Positions 40,188-53,669 are shown, numbered from the whole stretch's first letter. The stretch: DNA of 63,702 nucleotides, filler included, from Reticulomyxa filosa (GCA_000512085.1; 19 parts of 19 records of this genome joined end to end with filler, not necessarily neighbours in it), one strand, 5' to 3'. The notes: generated from the sequence alone by a model not told the origin. Numbers and translations are program-made.

Positions 40188-41101
40188 AGGGAGAAAGGAT
40201 AGCAAAAAAAAAAGCCTTGATAATACAATCGTTCCCCCCCATGTTTGTTTTGGTATTTGTTCTGAGTTGGTTTTTTAGTTGAAAACTTTGCGAGAAAAAA
40301 AAAAGTGTTTCTTTTCAAGGCAAACATTGTTTGGTGAAAAGGAAAAAAGAAAATTTTGAGTGGTATCCGAAAGAGATAATTTGGAGTTTTCTCCATTTTA
40401 CATATTACAATCTCGTATACTAAAAGAATTTTTTTTGAAAACAAAACGAAACTTTTTCTGACCTAAAAATTGCTACTTCATTTTTTTTGATGAGGATATT
40501 TTTGAATGTTAACAAGCATAACGAACTGGAGTGAGCTGGAGATGCAAGTTACAATCTTGTATCCCATCTTACTTTGTATTCCTGATTAAAATTTTTGGTT
40601 TTGTGTTATTATGAATGGCGTTCGAGATTTAATTGGTTTAAATTTACTACTACAACACAAGCATTCCAATCCGACTAATGATGAAACTTATTCTGAATAA
40701 TGGCTCAAATTTGGAGAAAGTTCAAAAACAGAGTAGAAATTTGGAGTGCAAATTTTAGACTTAGTCAGAAATAAAAGGATGCAACATTTCACTCAAATAA
40801 AAGTATACATTATCGTATCGATATGATCACTAAATTTTTTTCAAATAATTATGTTAAACGATTGTGTTGTTATTTTTATCAAGGGTTGACGGAGTAATCA
40901 TAAAGGTAGTATCTATGTCCGTCTTTTAAAGCAAAGATAGCTGGAAATTTTTGAAATTAAAAAGTAATTTAACTTCGGTGTCCAAATTGGACGCTAGAAC
41001 AAATAACAACAATAAAAATGATAACTCCCAAAAAACTGTAAGCTTAAATTTTTCTTTAAAACGTTTCTCTTTGCCCCCATACAAGTCAATTATCGTAAAA
41101 C

Positions 41102-41600
41102 ATGGATTCTCTATTGCCTTCCGACATATATTCCACAAAAACATTGGAGAAAGAATTGACCAAACTCGCGAGATTGAATCGAACAATAGGCGAATATTTC
41201 AAAAAACTTGGCACTCCCAAAGACACAACAAAACTGAGACATGAAGTATTGAGACCTTGTGTAGTGGAATGGGGATTCTTGTTTTTTTCAAAAAGGTGGA
41301 GAGAGAGAGAGAAAGGGGGGGGAGGCGAAGGGTTGTCAAACTAAACAAAGCAACAAATAAACCTTAAAAAAAAATGTGAGCAGATAAAAGAGTCAGTCCA
41401 TGAAGCAATAACGCTTAGTCAACGCGTGAACGCCAACTTGAGTGACATGATGATAGACGACAACAGCCTTGCAGCAGAAAAACTGAAAAAAAGTTTTGGC
41501 GAAGAAGTGCTCAAATTACAAAAAATCGTCGAACAAATCCAAATTAAAGAGCAGCAATTTCAGCCGCAAGTAGTTGCTGACACGCCTTACAATGACAGTT
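41102..41600 (+). CDS. Syntaxin-7/Pep12/Vam3-like Qa-SNARE, N-terminal Habc region (3' incomplete)
   Basis: LGTPKDTTKLRHE motif, an intron, then helices ending EKLKKSFGEEVLKLQKIVEQIQIKE. Confidence 0.7.
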
Positions 41601-41839
41601 ACAACTTTTTTCATGTGAAACAAAATAAGCAAATAAATGAATGATGATAACAATAATAATAAATATATACATATATAAATATATATATANNNNNNNNNNN
41701 NNNNNNNNNNNNNNNNNNNNNNNNNNNNNNNNNTTAATTAATTAANNNNNNNNNNNNNNNNNNNNNNNNNNNNNNNNNNNNNNNNNNNNAGACACTGTAT
41801 AATATATACATATGTATAAATATGTAGTATGTGTATGTA

Positions 41840-42806
41840 TGTAAAAAGAATGTTTTCTCAAGTAATTAACTTCGGTTGAGACGAATTCAAGAACAAAGCA
41901 CCTTGAACATCTCGGAATGAAATGCAGACAGAAGTAGAGCTTGGGTGGATGGATTTTGATCAATTGCAGCACTTGGACCCTGGTGTAGACACAGGTGGGA
42001 TTGCTGTTGAACACGGTCAAAAAGCAAGTCTTGTCATTGTGTGTATACATACAACGGTCATGGATACAGCCATTGACGGAGTGGAAACGAGGACAAAATG
42101 AGGGACGACCTGTCCCCTGACTTGATCTAAACATATGGGTTTTCGTCATCATCTGATTTCCTGTTTGTATTCGTGGTTGGGCAAGAGTTTGAAGTCGGTT
42201 TTCCATTGCTGCCAATCTCCCTCGGTGGTTGGTTATCGTTGGCATTGTCTGCACATGCATCATTGGACCTGTCTGTAATCCGACGTGCTGACCTTGGTGT
42301 TGAAATGAGCGTATGTGATTATTACCACGATGGTGATGACCACGATGGTGATGGTCACGATGCTGATGATCACGATGCTGATGATCACGATGATAATGAC
42401 CACGATGGTGACCATGGTGATGATAACCACGATGATGTCCGCGTCCATGTTCATTTTCATTTCCACTTACATTTAGATTCTCATGTATGCTCCCATTTAC
42501 ATTTGCATGCACATCTGCATGCATGTGATTATGTGCATATGCACGCCCACGTCCTCGTCCCCTGCCCCGGCCCCGCTGAAATGTATTCGACGTTCGCATA
42601 GGTTTTACGTCTCCTCGATTACTTCGGTCACTCTGGTCCCGGTCGTCATGATCCTTGCCACGGCCTCGACCACGGCCTCGACCACGACCACGACCTCGAC
42701 CACGACCTCGACCACGACCTTGTCCACGGCCTTGGCTAACACTGCTTTCGAGTGCGTCAAACAGATTTTTCATTGTAAGTAGAGTGGATTTGTCCAATAG
42801 TGACAT
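41840..42806 (-). CDS. RG-repeat, His-rich, CCCH zinc-finger protein (fragment)
   Basis: Two (RG)n tracts, an HH(R/Q)(G/D)H repeat block, and CPRFHSVNGCIHDRCMYTH (C-x8-C-x4-C-x3-H). Confidence 0.65.
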
Positions 42807-43350
42807 TTTTAGCTTTTCTTCGCCAATAAGTGGAAAAAAGACACAAGATTGAAATTTTCCAAAAAAAAACTACGGAAACTTTGACGGTGTTCCTTACCTA
42901 AATACTGCTGCAGTTACACGATGTTTTTTGTTTGTTCAATAGTTGAAAAGGTTATATTCACTTCTTTCATGCATGTTCTTAATTGTTCTGTTTGTACTTT
43001 TTTAGACTAATTTTAACAAGGATGGTTACAACAAGATTAATGTCTTGTCTCAGTTCCTTTGCATTTGTTAAACTTTTATTTGTCTATTGGTTTACTTGAA
43101 AGTAATTTTTAATTCCAATTTTTTGAAGAATTGAAAAAAAATTGCTGATACCAAAGATGTAGTTCTTGCAAAAATACTCGACAGAACACGACCACAGGTT
43201 ACCCTCAAAAAAAAACTTAAATGGGAAAAGGANNNNNNNNNNNNNNNNNNNNNNNNNNNNNNNNNNNNNNNNNNNNTTAATTAATTAANNNNNNNNNNNN
43301 NNNNNNNNNNNNNNNNNNNNNNNNNNNNNNNNTTCAAAATACAACTTTTT

Positions 43351-46300
43351 TTCAAAAGTTTATCTCGATGATTAAGGATTTTTTTTTTGACTATCACTCC
43401 ACCATGGCTTGTCGCCTTTCCAAATTGTTTTGATACCAATTGTTGCTTCTCCAGCTTCAACAACACATTTGGTCCAAGATTCGACTGCTTTGTCCAAAGA
43501 ATCTTGATCTCTCGATACAATTGGATCAATAGATTTCATCCAATTGTCAATGTTTCTTTTCAATCTCAATCTAAATTTTCTCATTTATTACTTCTCAGAT
43601 TCCAAGTCTCAATCTTTTGTCGTTCAATTCGTGGTGATGACCACGTGGTTTTGATATTGAACGTAATTGGTAGATGATCTGAATGCACATCCAATTCAAC
43701 ATCATCTGTCCCCAATTGCTAACAAATTGAAGAATAGATGATGAACATAATGTGATATCAATACTTGATGTCGCATTGTCTTTCATGAATGTGCTGTCAA
43801 ATGGCAATGTAGTTATAATATGTAATCCATTGGATACAATAAAATCAAGAATACATTCACCCACATCATCAATGTTATGATCCAACCATGCAGGATGATG
43901 TGCATTCCAATCTCCTCCAATGATAATGTATTCAGTCATTTTCATAGCAGATTGTAATTCTTGTTCGAACTTGAATATTTAATGTTTTGCAAATTTCGAT
44001 AGAAACTGCAGAACAATAATGGTATCTTTTGATTAGGACATGAAATTTCCATCCAACACGATTCATAACCAAATAAATTGAATATATCATGCATGTTATT
44101 GAATGATCGTTATACTGAGTGTAAATCTCTTTGATATAACACTCCAGATCTTCCTGTCTCATCCAGTGATGAAAATACAGATACTGGAAATTATAATCGA
44201 TGTCCTTCTTCTTTGATCTAAATCCTTCTTGCATAAACAGATATGGGGCTTCTTCTGATGCAAATTTTGTTCTAATGTTTGAGCCTTGGAATAAAATCCG
44301 CTGATGTTGTTCTGGAACGCCAATAGACTACCGGTCATTGACCTGCTTGCACATTGGTATTCGCAATGTTTATTTTATCTCTTGATCGATTTCCAATCCC
44401 CATCTGAATCAACATCGGGTTAATTAATTGCAATAAGTATTGTAATTGCTGACTTAATTTCTGCTAATTCACGTCTTAGCAATGAGAATTCATCAGAATC
44501 AGATTCCTTGTTCTGCAGCCTTTGATCTTTGTTATTCTTTTTTCTATTTGTTCTCTTTTTCGGCTTCTGAGATCCATTCTTGCTTTCATTTCCATTTGAC
44601 ACTTGTTGTGCTTTGGCAGCATCAGTATAATAATAATTCTTTGGTTGTCGCTGCACATTTGATTTAATTGGAATATGTTTATATGTCTTCTTCTTCATGA
44701 ATGCATCTTCCTTCCTTGTCAATTAAATACCAAGCTTTTCTTTTGCTTTGCGAATCACATCACTTGGATGCTGCTTTCGGCATAACACACATTTTATGTT
44801 TACTTAGGTCATTTTTGTATCGACATTTTGCCATACTTTGTGCTTCTTTGGGCATTCATGAAAATATGATTCAATCTGTAGCATTTCCTGCATTACTTGA
44901 AATGCGATTTTGGCCTTGATTTGTTTTTGTCGAATGTTTTATTTTCACCACTGAATATCCAATTTGAATATCATTGTCTTTTAATATCTTGACAACATCT
45001 TTAGTCTTGGATAGAAGCATTTTGGCAATTGGCATCTTATGAAATCGTTTTACTTCCAATGCCTCCTTGATTTCACCATCGCTTTCGCGATTTAATACTC
45101 CTCGAAGCAGGACATATCTATTCACTTCAGGATTAATCACTGCTTCTTCACCTTTTCTTTTGTTCAGCAGCAAATGTCTTACGATAAGTATCACATCTTG
45201 GCTGCCTTACAATTCTTTGTTTACCATCTTGATTTTCTTTTTGTTCCATTTGTCCATCCTTCACATCATTGAAGTTATGAGCTAGTTGAGTTAGTTGTTG
45301 CTCATTAATATCAACTGCAAAATGAACAAATAATGTCCGGAAATTTCCGGAAAATGTGTGCGCTAATATTTTTCTGGACAACGCATTCTTGTTTGTTAAT
45401 CCAATGAACTTAATCACCGATGTTGCTGATTTAAGTTCTTTGGACTTAGTTGGAGTGACGATAATCTTACACAAGAATTGTCGTCAACTTTGCATATTTT
45501 TTTTCCACACATTTTCAAATGTGACTTTATCAATTTTTTTTTCTTCGTTTTGTTGCATATTTGAGCTTTGTAAAAACTCGAAACGTCGAAGATTGATGCT
45601 TTGCTTTCTTCGCAATGTCATCCATTAGTCCATCATCTGGCCTCTTTCGTTTTATGGCTATTCGCCTTGTGTCATTTGTGTCGACGTTCATATTATAATT
45701 CGACGTCATTTTGGATTGTCGTTGTTTGTTTATAGTATCAAGCATATCAATACCATACCCAATTCCATTTACAATACCATTATATTAGATTCTTGATCCA
45801 ATTTCATGTGGGTCATTTTATCCCAACATAGCTTGCAGTATAGCTGATTATTGTAAAAACACCTTGCCTCAGCCGTCCTTATCGTCTTCACAAGCCTTGT
45901 TATCAGCAAGTGAATTTCGGTTTTGCCCGAGGTTCAGTAGAAATTACCCGACACTCTGAGTTCTGCCAAACACAAAGACTGGTATTTGCCTCAAAAATGC
46001 TAATTTCGAACACTCTTTAGGCTAAACAATGATCGATACCATTTCAGTTACCAGGAATTTGCACCTCGTTACACTTAAAGTAACTGATGACAAGATATGC
46101 TGAAGTTTAAAATCACTTCCACCTATTACAATCACACCATACTAGACGCTGAACCGACACAATCCTCAAAAATGAATTGTAACAAAAGACGTTGCCAAAG
46201 ATGACAAAATAGTTTAAAGTCACACTCCAGCCACAATATCACAAAATCGAACTATTATAAAAAAATTTTTACTGTTAAAAATTTTATAGTAGAATTTTCT

Positions 46301-46391
46301 TCTTGGACTAGACGACGTTTGAAATACTTTATAATCTCATTCAAAACTTAAGAGATGCCGAAGTATCTTGACACTTCCAACCGCAATCTCT
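43351..46391 (-). mobile_element. Degenerate non-LTR retrotransposon (gag-like ORF1 + APE endonuclease, no RT), flanked by an 18-bp direct repeat
   Basis: APE motifs FQNNISGF, QEGF, IIIGGDWNAHHPAW, SSIDITLCS and SDHLPI, then the KPWWSD linker. ORF1 remnants include a degraded Cys/His knuckle near 44760-44900. TTCAAAATACAACTTTTT occurs at 43333-43350 and 46392-46409. Confidence 0.88.
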
Positions 46392-47564
46392 TTCAAAATA
46401 CAACTTTTTAAGAAAAGTTAATATTAATGACAAATGTGGTAAATTTTTTTTAAAAAAATCATATTTACAGATTTTAAATGATGTTTATGTATTTGCAATA
46501 TCAAAAAGTTTATTTTGAGATAATATAAACATTTTATTTTACATTTGTATATTCTTTGCAATTCTTTGATTGTAATTTTTAAATGAAAATTATCAAAAAA
46601 TATATTGATTATCATGTTTATATTTGTTTGCTTGCAAAAATAGCTAGATTTAATTAAATTCAGTGAAATGATAAAATTGTCTTTTTTTTGCATATATTAG
46701 ATTTTGTGTTTTGAAAAAACTATAAAAAGATCGGAGAAGATGGATGAAAAAGCCATTGAAACATTTTTAAGATTTGAACCAAGTGGACAAAACACAAAAC
46801 AGACAATAAACACATATCGCGCATGGTCGATTGTACGGTGGGATGGGAGGTGGTTTGCAGAAATGAAGAAATTGGGACCGTATTTATGACATTATAGTCA
46901 GGAGTACCTTGCAAGCCATCATATGGAATCGCAGGATTCGAAATGAGGGGTGTATATTGAGCTTCAGTATGTGTTGATTGATACGACTACGACAAAAATA
47001 TACATATACATATGCATATACATATATGTACATATACGTAATAAGGAAATATAAAAAAGTAATACCTACAGGAATTCTGGGTGAGTGTTGAGAATGCATG
47101 GCTACATTTCCAAAGAGTTACGAGGTGATAGGACCGGTCTGAAATAGTGAATTGGAAAAGGGGGATCTTAAAAAACATGCCACCGCCTTGAGAGTGTTGA
47201 AGCATGGGAATTGTAAAAGGAAACTGTGACTGTGTTTGTGCTTGTTGTGCTTGTGCTTGTGCTTTTGCTTGTACTTGTGCTTGTANNNNNNNNNNNNNNN
47301 NNNNNNNNNNNNNNNNNNNNNNNNNNNNNTTAATTAATTAANNNNNNNNNNNNNNNNNNNNNNNNNNNNNNNNNNNNNNNNNNNNTTTTTATTTTTTGAA
47401 ATTATTTTAACTTTAAATTATAATTTATGTTTCCACGTACACACACTTTTGTTGCTTTGACGAACTTTTTTCTCCCCCTTCATGTTTGTTGCATGAGAAG
47501 CTTTTCTCTTATCAATAAAGAAGTTGAGCTATTTGCATAACGTACTAACACTTTACTCGCTTGC

Positions 47565-47945
47565 ATGCTTACCTTGTTGTTTATCCAGCTAACGTGGTCT
47601 GACAACCTGTCAGTGCCAGTGCTCTGTCTCTTGTATTATGGGCTCTTGGTGCCCAGTGTGGTGCTTTTTCTTAAGACACTTTTGATACACGAGTATCAAA
47701 TCTTCGAAAATGAGGAGTTCAATGGAGATACTCATCCCAATAACATCATGCCCATGCCCAATGAACGTCTTTGGCCTATTGACTACGGCCAGTTGAACCA
47801 CCTTTCCAAGGAACAACTTGCTCACTTGGGTAAACTGGTTATTGCAATGGCCGATTACAACTCAAAAGTATTGTTAAAAAGGTGGATGAAATGGAATTTC
47901 AATCCCCAAACGTATGGACCATTCATTACTTCAGCAAAGTCATGA
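47565..47945 (+). CDS. Hypothetical protein fragment
   Basis: 126-aa ORF with coding-like composition; no motif recognised; the downstream continuation appears broken. Confidence 0.3.
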   Translation: MLTLLFIQLTWSDNLSVPVLCLLYYGLLVPSVVLFLKTLLIHEYQIFENEEFNGDTHPNNIMPMPNERLWPIDYGQLNHLSKEQLAHLGKLVIAMADYNSKVLLKRWMKWNFNPQTYGPFITSAKS

Positions 47946-48536
47946 CTACTATTGAAGTTGGTCGCTTGGATAATGAGATTCGAAAAGATGTCGAGAATTA
48001 AAGTTTGGGAAATTTTTTCTTGACTTGAAGAACATTCTTTCTCTTGCAAAGCTTGTCTTAGTCTAATTAGATTTATTAAAAAAATAACATCAAATGGCAG
48101 TTGTACTGGAATGCGTGAGATAATGGCAAATGCATTTACAAGAGATTGGGGTTGTACAGGTATCATTTTTTGGAGAGATGTCTTATCTTGTTTACTTATC
48201 TACAACCAATTAATTTTTTTCAGATAATCTTTTCTCACCCAATCAAAAAAAAGTGTAAAACGATTGCAATATACACAAACACATACACAGATATAAATAT
48301 AATCATATTAAAGATGGAGGAATAGTAAGTGAGCATTTTTGCATACCTGGCAATTGTTATATTTACTGTAGCCTCTTTTTCCATTTAACTTTAAAAAAAA
48401 ATTGGAGATCATGCTTTTTTTTAGTCTATAACACATNNNNNNNNNNNNNNNNNNNNNNNNNNNNNNNNNNNNNNNNNNNNTTAATTAATTAANNNNNNNN
48501 NNNNNNNNNNNNNNNNNNNNNNNNNNNNNNNNNNNN

Positions 48537-48570
<34 letters not shown>

Positions 48571-48970
48571 ATTTAAAAAATTAAAAAATTAAAAAAATGG
48601 GAAAAAAAGAAAATAATATCACATACATGTGTTCAAATTTTTTTTTAGTATCATTTAAATTTTATTGTATGTTTAATCTAAAATACTTTTATGTATGATA
48701 ATTTTTTTTTCCTGCAAGAGAGGAATGCTGTTGTTGTGTTGTGTAAGTCCTCCTCGCCCCCTTTTTTATGACAAAAAGAGAGAAACATGAGAGAAAAAAA
48801 AATGTATTTTTGTTAATGTTATAAAAAAAAAAAGGGTACTGTTTCGTTGCGAAGTTGGTTTTTATTATTATTATTATTATTATTGTTATTATTGTTTATT
48901 GTTTATAATAACAAACAAAACAATAATAACAAAAAAAGAAAAAAAAACGCAACCAATCCGCGAGAAATAT

Positions 48971-49750
48971 TTACGATGCAAACGGAGGCATGGATTTGGA
49001 GGTGTGTCGACTGACAATTTCATCCCAAATGCTCGGCGATATTAGGTCGTCGAAATTGATATGAGAAATACTTGGAGGAAGATATTTGTTACGTAAGTCT
49101 GTCCATGATTGTAATTCTACCTATACACGTGCAATTCCAAGAATGCACGAATACGTTTCAAACTCGGCCAACGAACAAAAAAAAAAAAAAAAAAAGAATA
49201 ATACTATTAACCCATGCAGCGCCAGCTAACAACAAGTCCATCGAGTCGAGACATCGCTGCTTTTTTTTGGGAAATGCGCGGCATAGTTTGGGTATAAATA
49301 CACAAAATTCTTGGCTTTGGAATCACTATCGCTCCCGCTGTTGCAGCCGGTCCAGCACACAGAAGAGGATTGCCATCGCAGACTGTGACCGTTCGTTGCG
49401 TGAGAGACATTGTTGGCACTGTTCGCATTGTTGTGATTGATACTGCTTGGGTTACCACTATTATTATTGGCACTATTGTTATTATTGCCATTATTGTTAC
49501 TATTGCTGTTATTATTATTATTATTGTAATTGTTATTGTTACTGATGTTACCATTGCGATTGCCATTGCCATTGCTATTGTTACTTCCATGGATAGTATT
49601 GCCATTGCGACTGTTTACAACAAATTGAAAATTTCCGGAAGCTGCATTATTTGTACATGGATATTTCCCACCATTTCGTTCCTGACCCGGTGGCAAGCAT
49701 GGGATTGCCAGCATGGACAAGTCCAATCCAATATTTCTTGAACATTCCAA
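48971..49750 (-). CDS. Hypothetical Asn-rich protein, 3' fragment
   Basis: Poly-Asn ORF plus a terminal exon VELQSWTDLRNKYLPPS...MPPFAS*. The frame across the A run near 49262 is uncertain. Confidence 0.4.
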
Positions 49751-50099
49751 CTTTTTTCCCCTCCCTTTTCCTATTTTTTTTTTTTTTTTGGGTACTTATT
49801 GGAATTGTTATTGTAAGCAAGATTTAATCAGGCAAAAACAACCACAAAAAAAAAAAAAAAAAAAAGCAAGCAGTCTATGACAAAAAAAAAAGAAATATAC
49901 GCATATACACCTCATGCATGACTCACTAAGCAGAAAGGGGGGGGGGAGGAAGAGAGGGCAAAAAAAAAAAGGGGAGGGAGNNNNNNNNNNNNNNNNNNNN
50001 NNNNNNNNNNNNNNNNNNNNNNNNTTAATTAATTAANNNNNNNNNNNNNNNNNNNNNNNNNNNNNNNNNNNNNNNNNNNNTACTTGTTTTTCTATTTTC

Positions 50100-50133
50100 C
50101 TAAATTGATTCTTTTCTATCTTCTTTTTCTTCG

Positions 50134-50195
<62 letters not shown>

Positions 50196-50783
50196 GTTGT
50201 TATGCTTCTCTTCCACTATCACTTTGTTGATTGGTTGCTCTTGTTCAGTCTGCTGCAATTGTGATTTGATTGGGTGATGATCGACTTCAGTGCCTTTTTT
50301 TTTCGCTTGTGACGATAACGGCTTTTGTTTGCCAGATACATTTTTGTTTGTGTTGCTCTGACTGGGAGTGACTGTTAATGCGTTCTTTTTGGATGGCAGA
50401 CTATGTTTGAAATGCCTCACTACTCGTGATGGCAATATACGTCCATTTTCTTCCGGCAATTCCCATGCCGTTTTGTACACCCAACACGCTGTGCTCAATG
50501 ATATCCCGTGCTTAATGCGATGGTTTTTTCCAAAGGTATTGAAGATATGCACGGCGTCTTCGCAGTGCAATACACTTGGACTTTTCTCTTGATTCAATGA
50601 TACATCACGTGTTATCTGCAACGTACTGTGTGTGTCTCGTTGGGGTGTCACGCTTTCCATCCCCTCTATACAAATTCCAAGATTTGATATATTTCCCGAA
50701 GGAGAAGAAGGTTCACCGTCTGTACTATGAGTAAAACTTTCGTTAACTGCAATGGGACCTCCCACAGTTAAGTTCTGTAACAT
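50100..50783 (-). CDS. Hypothetical protein with a poly-Asn tract (likely 3' incomplete)
   Basis: 227-aa ORF starting at ATG; (AAT)n tract at about 50133-50202. Confidence 0.55.
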
Positions 50784-51402
50784 TTTTTTTGGCCCCTTTT
50801 ATTTAGGAGCCGCTCAAAAACTAACTCTTTTTTTAATTCGTTTTAAAAAAGAGCAATAATATCCCTATCATAGATTGTAACCATTTTTCTTTTTGCAGAA
50901 AACTTGCTCGCTGAATCTTTTATTCATTTGTTGTCCTCCTGTTAAAGATAAAAGTCTCACAGAGACAAATGCTTTCAGTTATATAGTGCATTTAACCAGC
51001 TCGAACAGGCCCAAGTTTTTTAATTTCCAATTTTTGTTGTTGCACGTGCGGCAGGTTTCTAGAAGAATTATAATATATCTCTTCAAGGTGGGTACATTTT
51101 ATTCTAAAAAATTTCATGTATTGGCTAGTGGTTGATTTATGATCCATTGTTGTTTGTGACAATCTTTCGTGTATTATTTTTTGGTGATTTTAATTGCAAT
51201 TAATAAATGTTGGGCACTTTTTGGTAAATAGCAGAATGTGGCTTTCAAAACTTTCCTATAGTAATGTTTGTAATAATTTTTTTAAAGAGTTTATTTGGGG
51301 GTGGACAACACTTAGCAAAATCTTAGTTTGTCTTTGAAATTCCGGAAAATTTTTGGAATAGATAATTTTATTTATTATTTTTGAGTGAAGAAAGCAAGAA
51401 TC

Positions 51403-52275
51403 ATGGATTTTAGAGTAGTTCATGGGTCTCATACAAATATCAAAGACCGTTTCAAACGTAAAGTCCGCAAACTGCTAGAATCGGCGTTCTTGCACGACAA
51501 AGTTTCTTTTGAAGAGTTCCAAGAAACAAAAAAATTGTCAGACGACGAATTTTTGGACAAAACAACAGGATTTTTTGAAAGTGAAGAAACCCAATGGATA
51601 TTGTTGTTAATCGACCAAGTTTAGTGTCCAAAAAAAAAAAAAAAACTAAACAAGAAAAAAATTTCTTCCCCATGGCACGAAAACATTTTATATTCTCAAA
51701 CATAACTTTTTTGTTTGAGAAGGGGGGGGGGGGGGGCAGAATAAAAAAAAAAAAAAAAAGAAAAAGGAATACAATGTGTCTATGTTTTTTGTTATCAGGA
51801 ATTGGTGAGTGTGGCAACATTTGTTGTGATGTCGAAAGACATATTTTTATTCAATGTTTGCACACATCCCTCTTATCGTCATCGTGGCTACGCAAAGTAT
51901 TTGTTATTCGAAATACAAAAATTTGCAATTGAGAAACACGGCATCACTGTGATTAAAGGCAATGCCGACATAAAAAACAGCATTGCAATCGATTTTTACC
52001 AAAAATTAGGTGCAAAGATCGACACAAATTTCAGTGCTGCTGGAGGAGGTGGTGAAAAAAATGTCAAATCATTGCGCTTGTACTATGAATGGGACAAGAA
52101 ATCGAACTCCAGTTTGCCTGTTGAAATCAGCAACAAACAACTTGCCATTGTACAAAAGCAAGAGCAAGACATTGGAGAGAGACTTTATATTCACTTTGGC
52201 TTGACTCTTGTTTTTGCTTTGGCTATTGGTTTGGTAACTTATCGAAACTTACGAAAAAATAATCAATTTGGTTGA
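51403..52275 (+). CDS. GNAT-family acetyltransferase with a C-terminal transmembrane anchor (2 exons)
   Basis: Motif A NVCTHPSYRHRGYAKYLL, AIDFYQKLG, terminal hydrophobic helix LYIHFGLTLVFALAIGLVTY + RNLRK. Intron 51619-51798. Confidence 0.85.
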
Positions 52276-52398
52276 TTTTTTTTTTTTTGTTGTTGCTGNN
52301 NNNNNNNNNNNNNNNNNNNNNNNNNNNNNNNNNNNNNNNNNNTTAATTAATTAANNNNNNNNNNNNNNNNNNNNNNNNNNNNNNNNNNNNNNNNNNNN

Positions 52399-52945
52399 TT
52401 CTTCTTCTTCGCAACAGCAAAATCATCACGCTAAATCTGTTGATCCCATTAAACAAAACGCTTATGACTTGCTCGACAATTTGAGAAAGATATCGTTCAT
52501 CGAATCCTCGTTCCATCCTTTGTATCCCTTGGGACGTATTTATTGGTTAATTCCAAGGGTTTGTGTGGACAGCCAGAAAAGTCCCATTGAACGAAACAAC
52601 TACTTGATTCAGTCCAAACACAAGTTGCATGAGGGGTCTCCTTTCCTTCCTGTCACTGCCCAAATTTCAGAGTTTTTCCACATCAAACCTCGTGCCAACA
52701 CTCTCCCACCTCACGACTCTGCTACTCCGCCTTCACTTTGGAGAAATGATGACTACGTCTTGTGCGAAGCCTCCAAGGCCAGGCCTTTGTTTCAAGAGCT
52801 GCTTTTGGAGTATCACGACTCGTGGGCTTTGCATTTACCCAATTACTATTTGCAAGTCTTAGGAATTCATCTGATTGATAACAAGCCCAACGTAACAAAT
52901 CCTGAAATACAATCACAACTACGACCCTCCGATAAAACCTCTTAA
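52399..52945 (+). CDS. Hypothetical protein, C-terminal fragment
   Basis: Open frame of at least 158 aa with coding-like composition near the contig start. Confidence 0.45.
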
Positions 52946-53257
52946 AATATCAAGGTTTCGCATTGAAACAATAAAATCTCTTTTTAGCTTTCTGAAACTT
53001 ACTTGTTTTGAGATTCACTTGTCTATTTCTGCTACATTTTTATGCATCACCTAAAGTAGAATATCTCTCATTCCTTTCGACTAAGTTAGCTTTTATTAGG
53101 AACTTTAAAACGGAGATAATGAATTGTCGACAATAAAAAAAAAAATCTAACATTTTGTTGTCCCCAACAAAAACTGTGCGTATTCGAATTTGTTTGACAA
53201 AAAAGGGGGAAAAAGAAAAGAAAAACTATCGACAAATTAAATAAAATAAAAATAATA

Positions 53258-53669
53258 ATGCCCGCTTCAAAAGAACGCAAAGAATGTGAATTGGGTCTAT
53301 TAGTGCAAATATCCATTTATTTGGGTTATGCAGTATTCACAGTAATGGGTTACTTGCGAGACTTTATTGACTGGTGGTTGGGGAACTTTGACAAGCCACC
53401 ACAAGTTGAGGCGAAAGACATAAAAAGACGCACACTGACATAAATATACATGTGTGTCCACGTATATAATTTTGTGTGAAAAATGCGTAATGCACACATG
53501 CGCACACATACAAAAAAAAAAAGGGATATGCACCATTGTCCCGTGATTTTGAAAATTTTTTCCGTCGACGAATGTACTCGCGAATGGAGGACTGTTTCTG
53601 TCGTCCAGTGACAGGCCCAGCAGGTGGAAAGATAACCGTTTTGGACCGAGACCGCCGCAACAACCTAAA
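53258..53669 (+). CDS. SPTLC2: Serine palmitoyltransferase subunit LCB2, N-terminal fragment
   Basis: YLGYAVFTVMGYLRDF...|GYAPLSRDFENFFRRRMYSRMEDCFCRPVTGPAGGKITVLDR matches the conserved LCB2 N-terminus. Confidence 0.88.
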
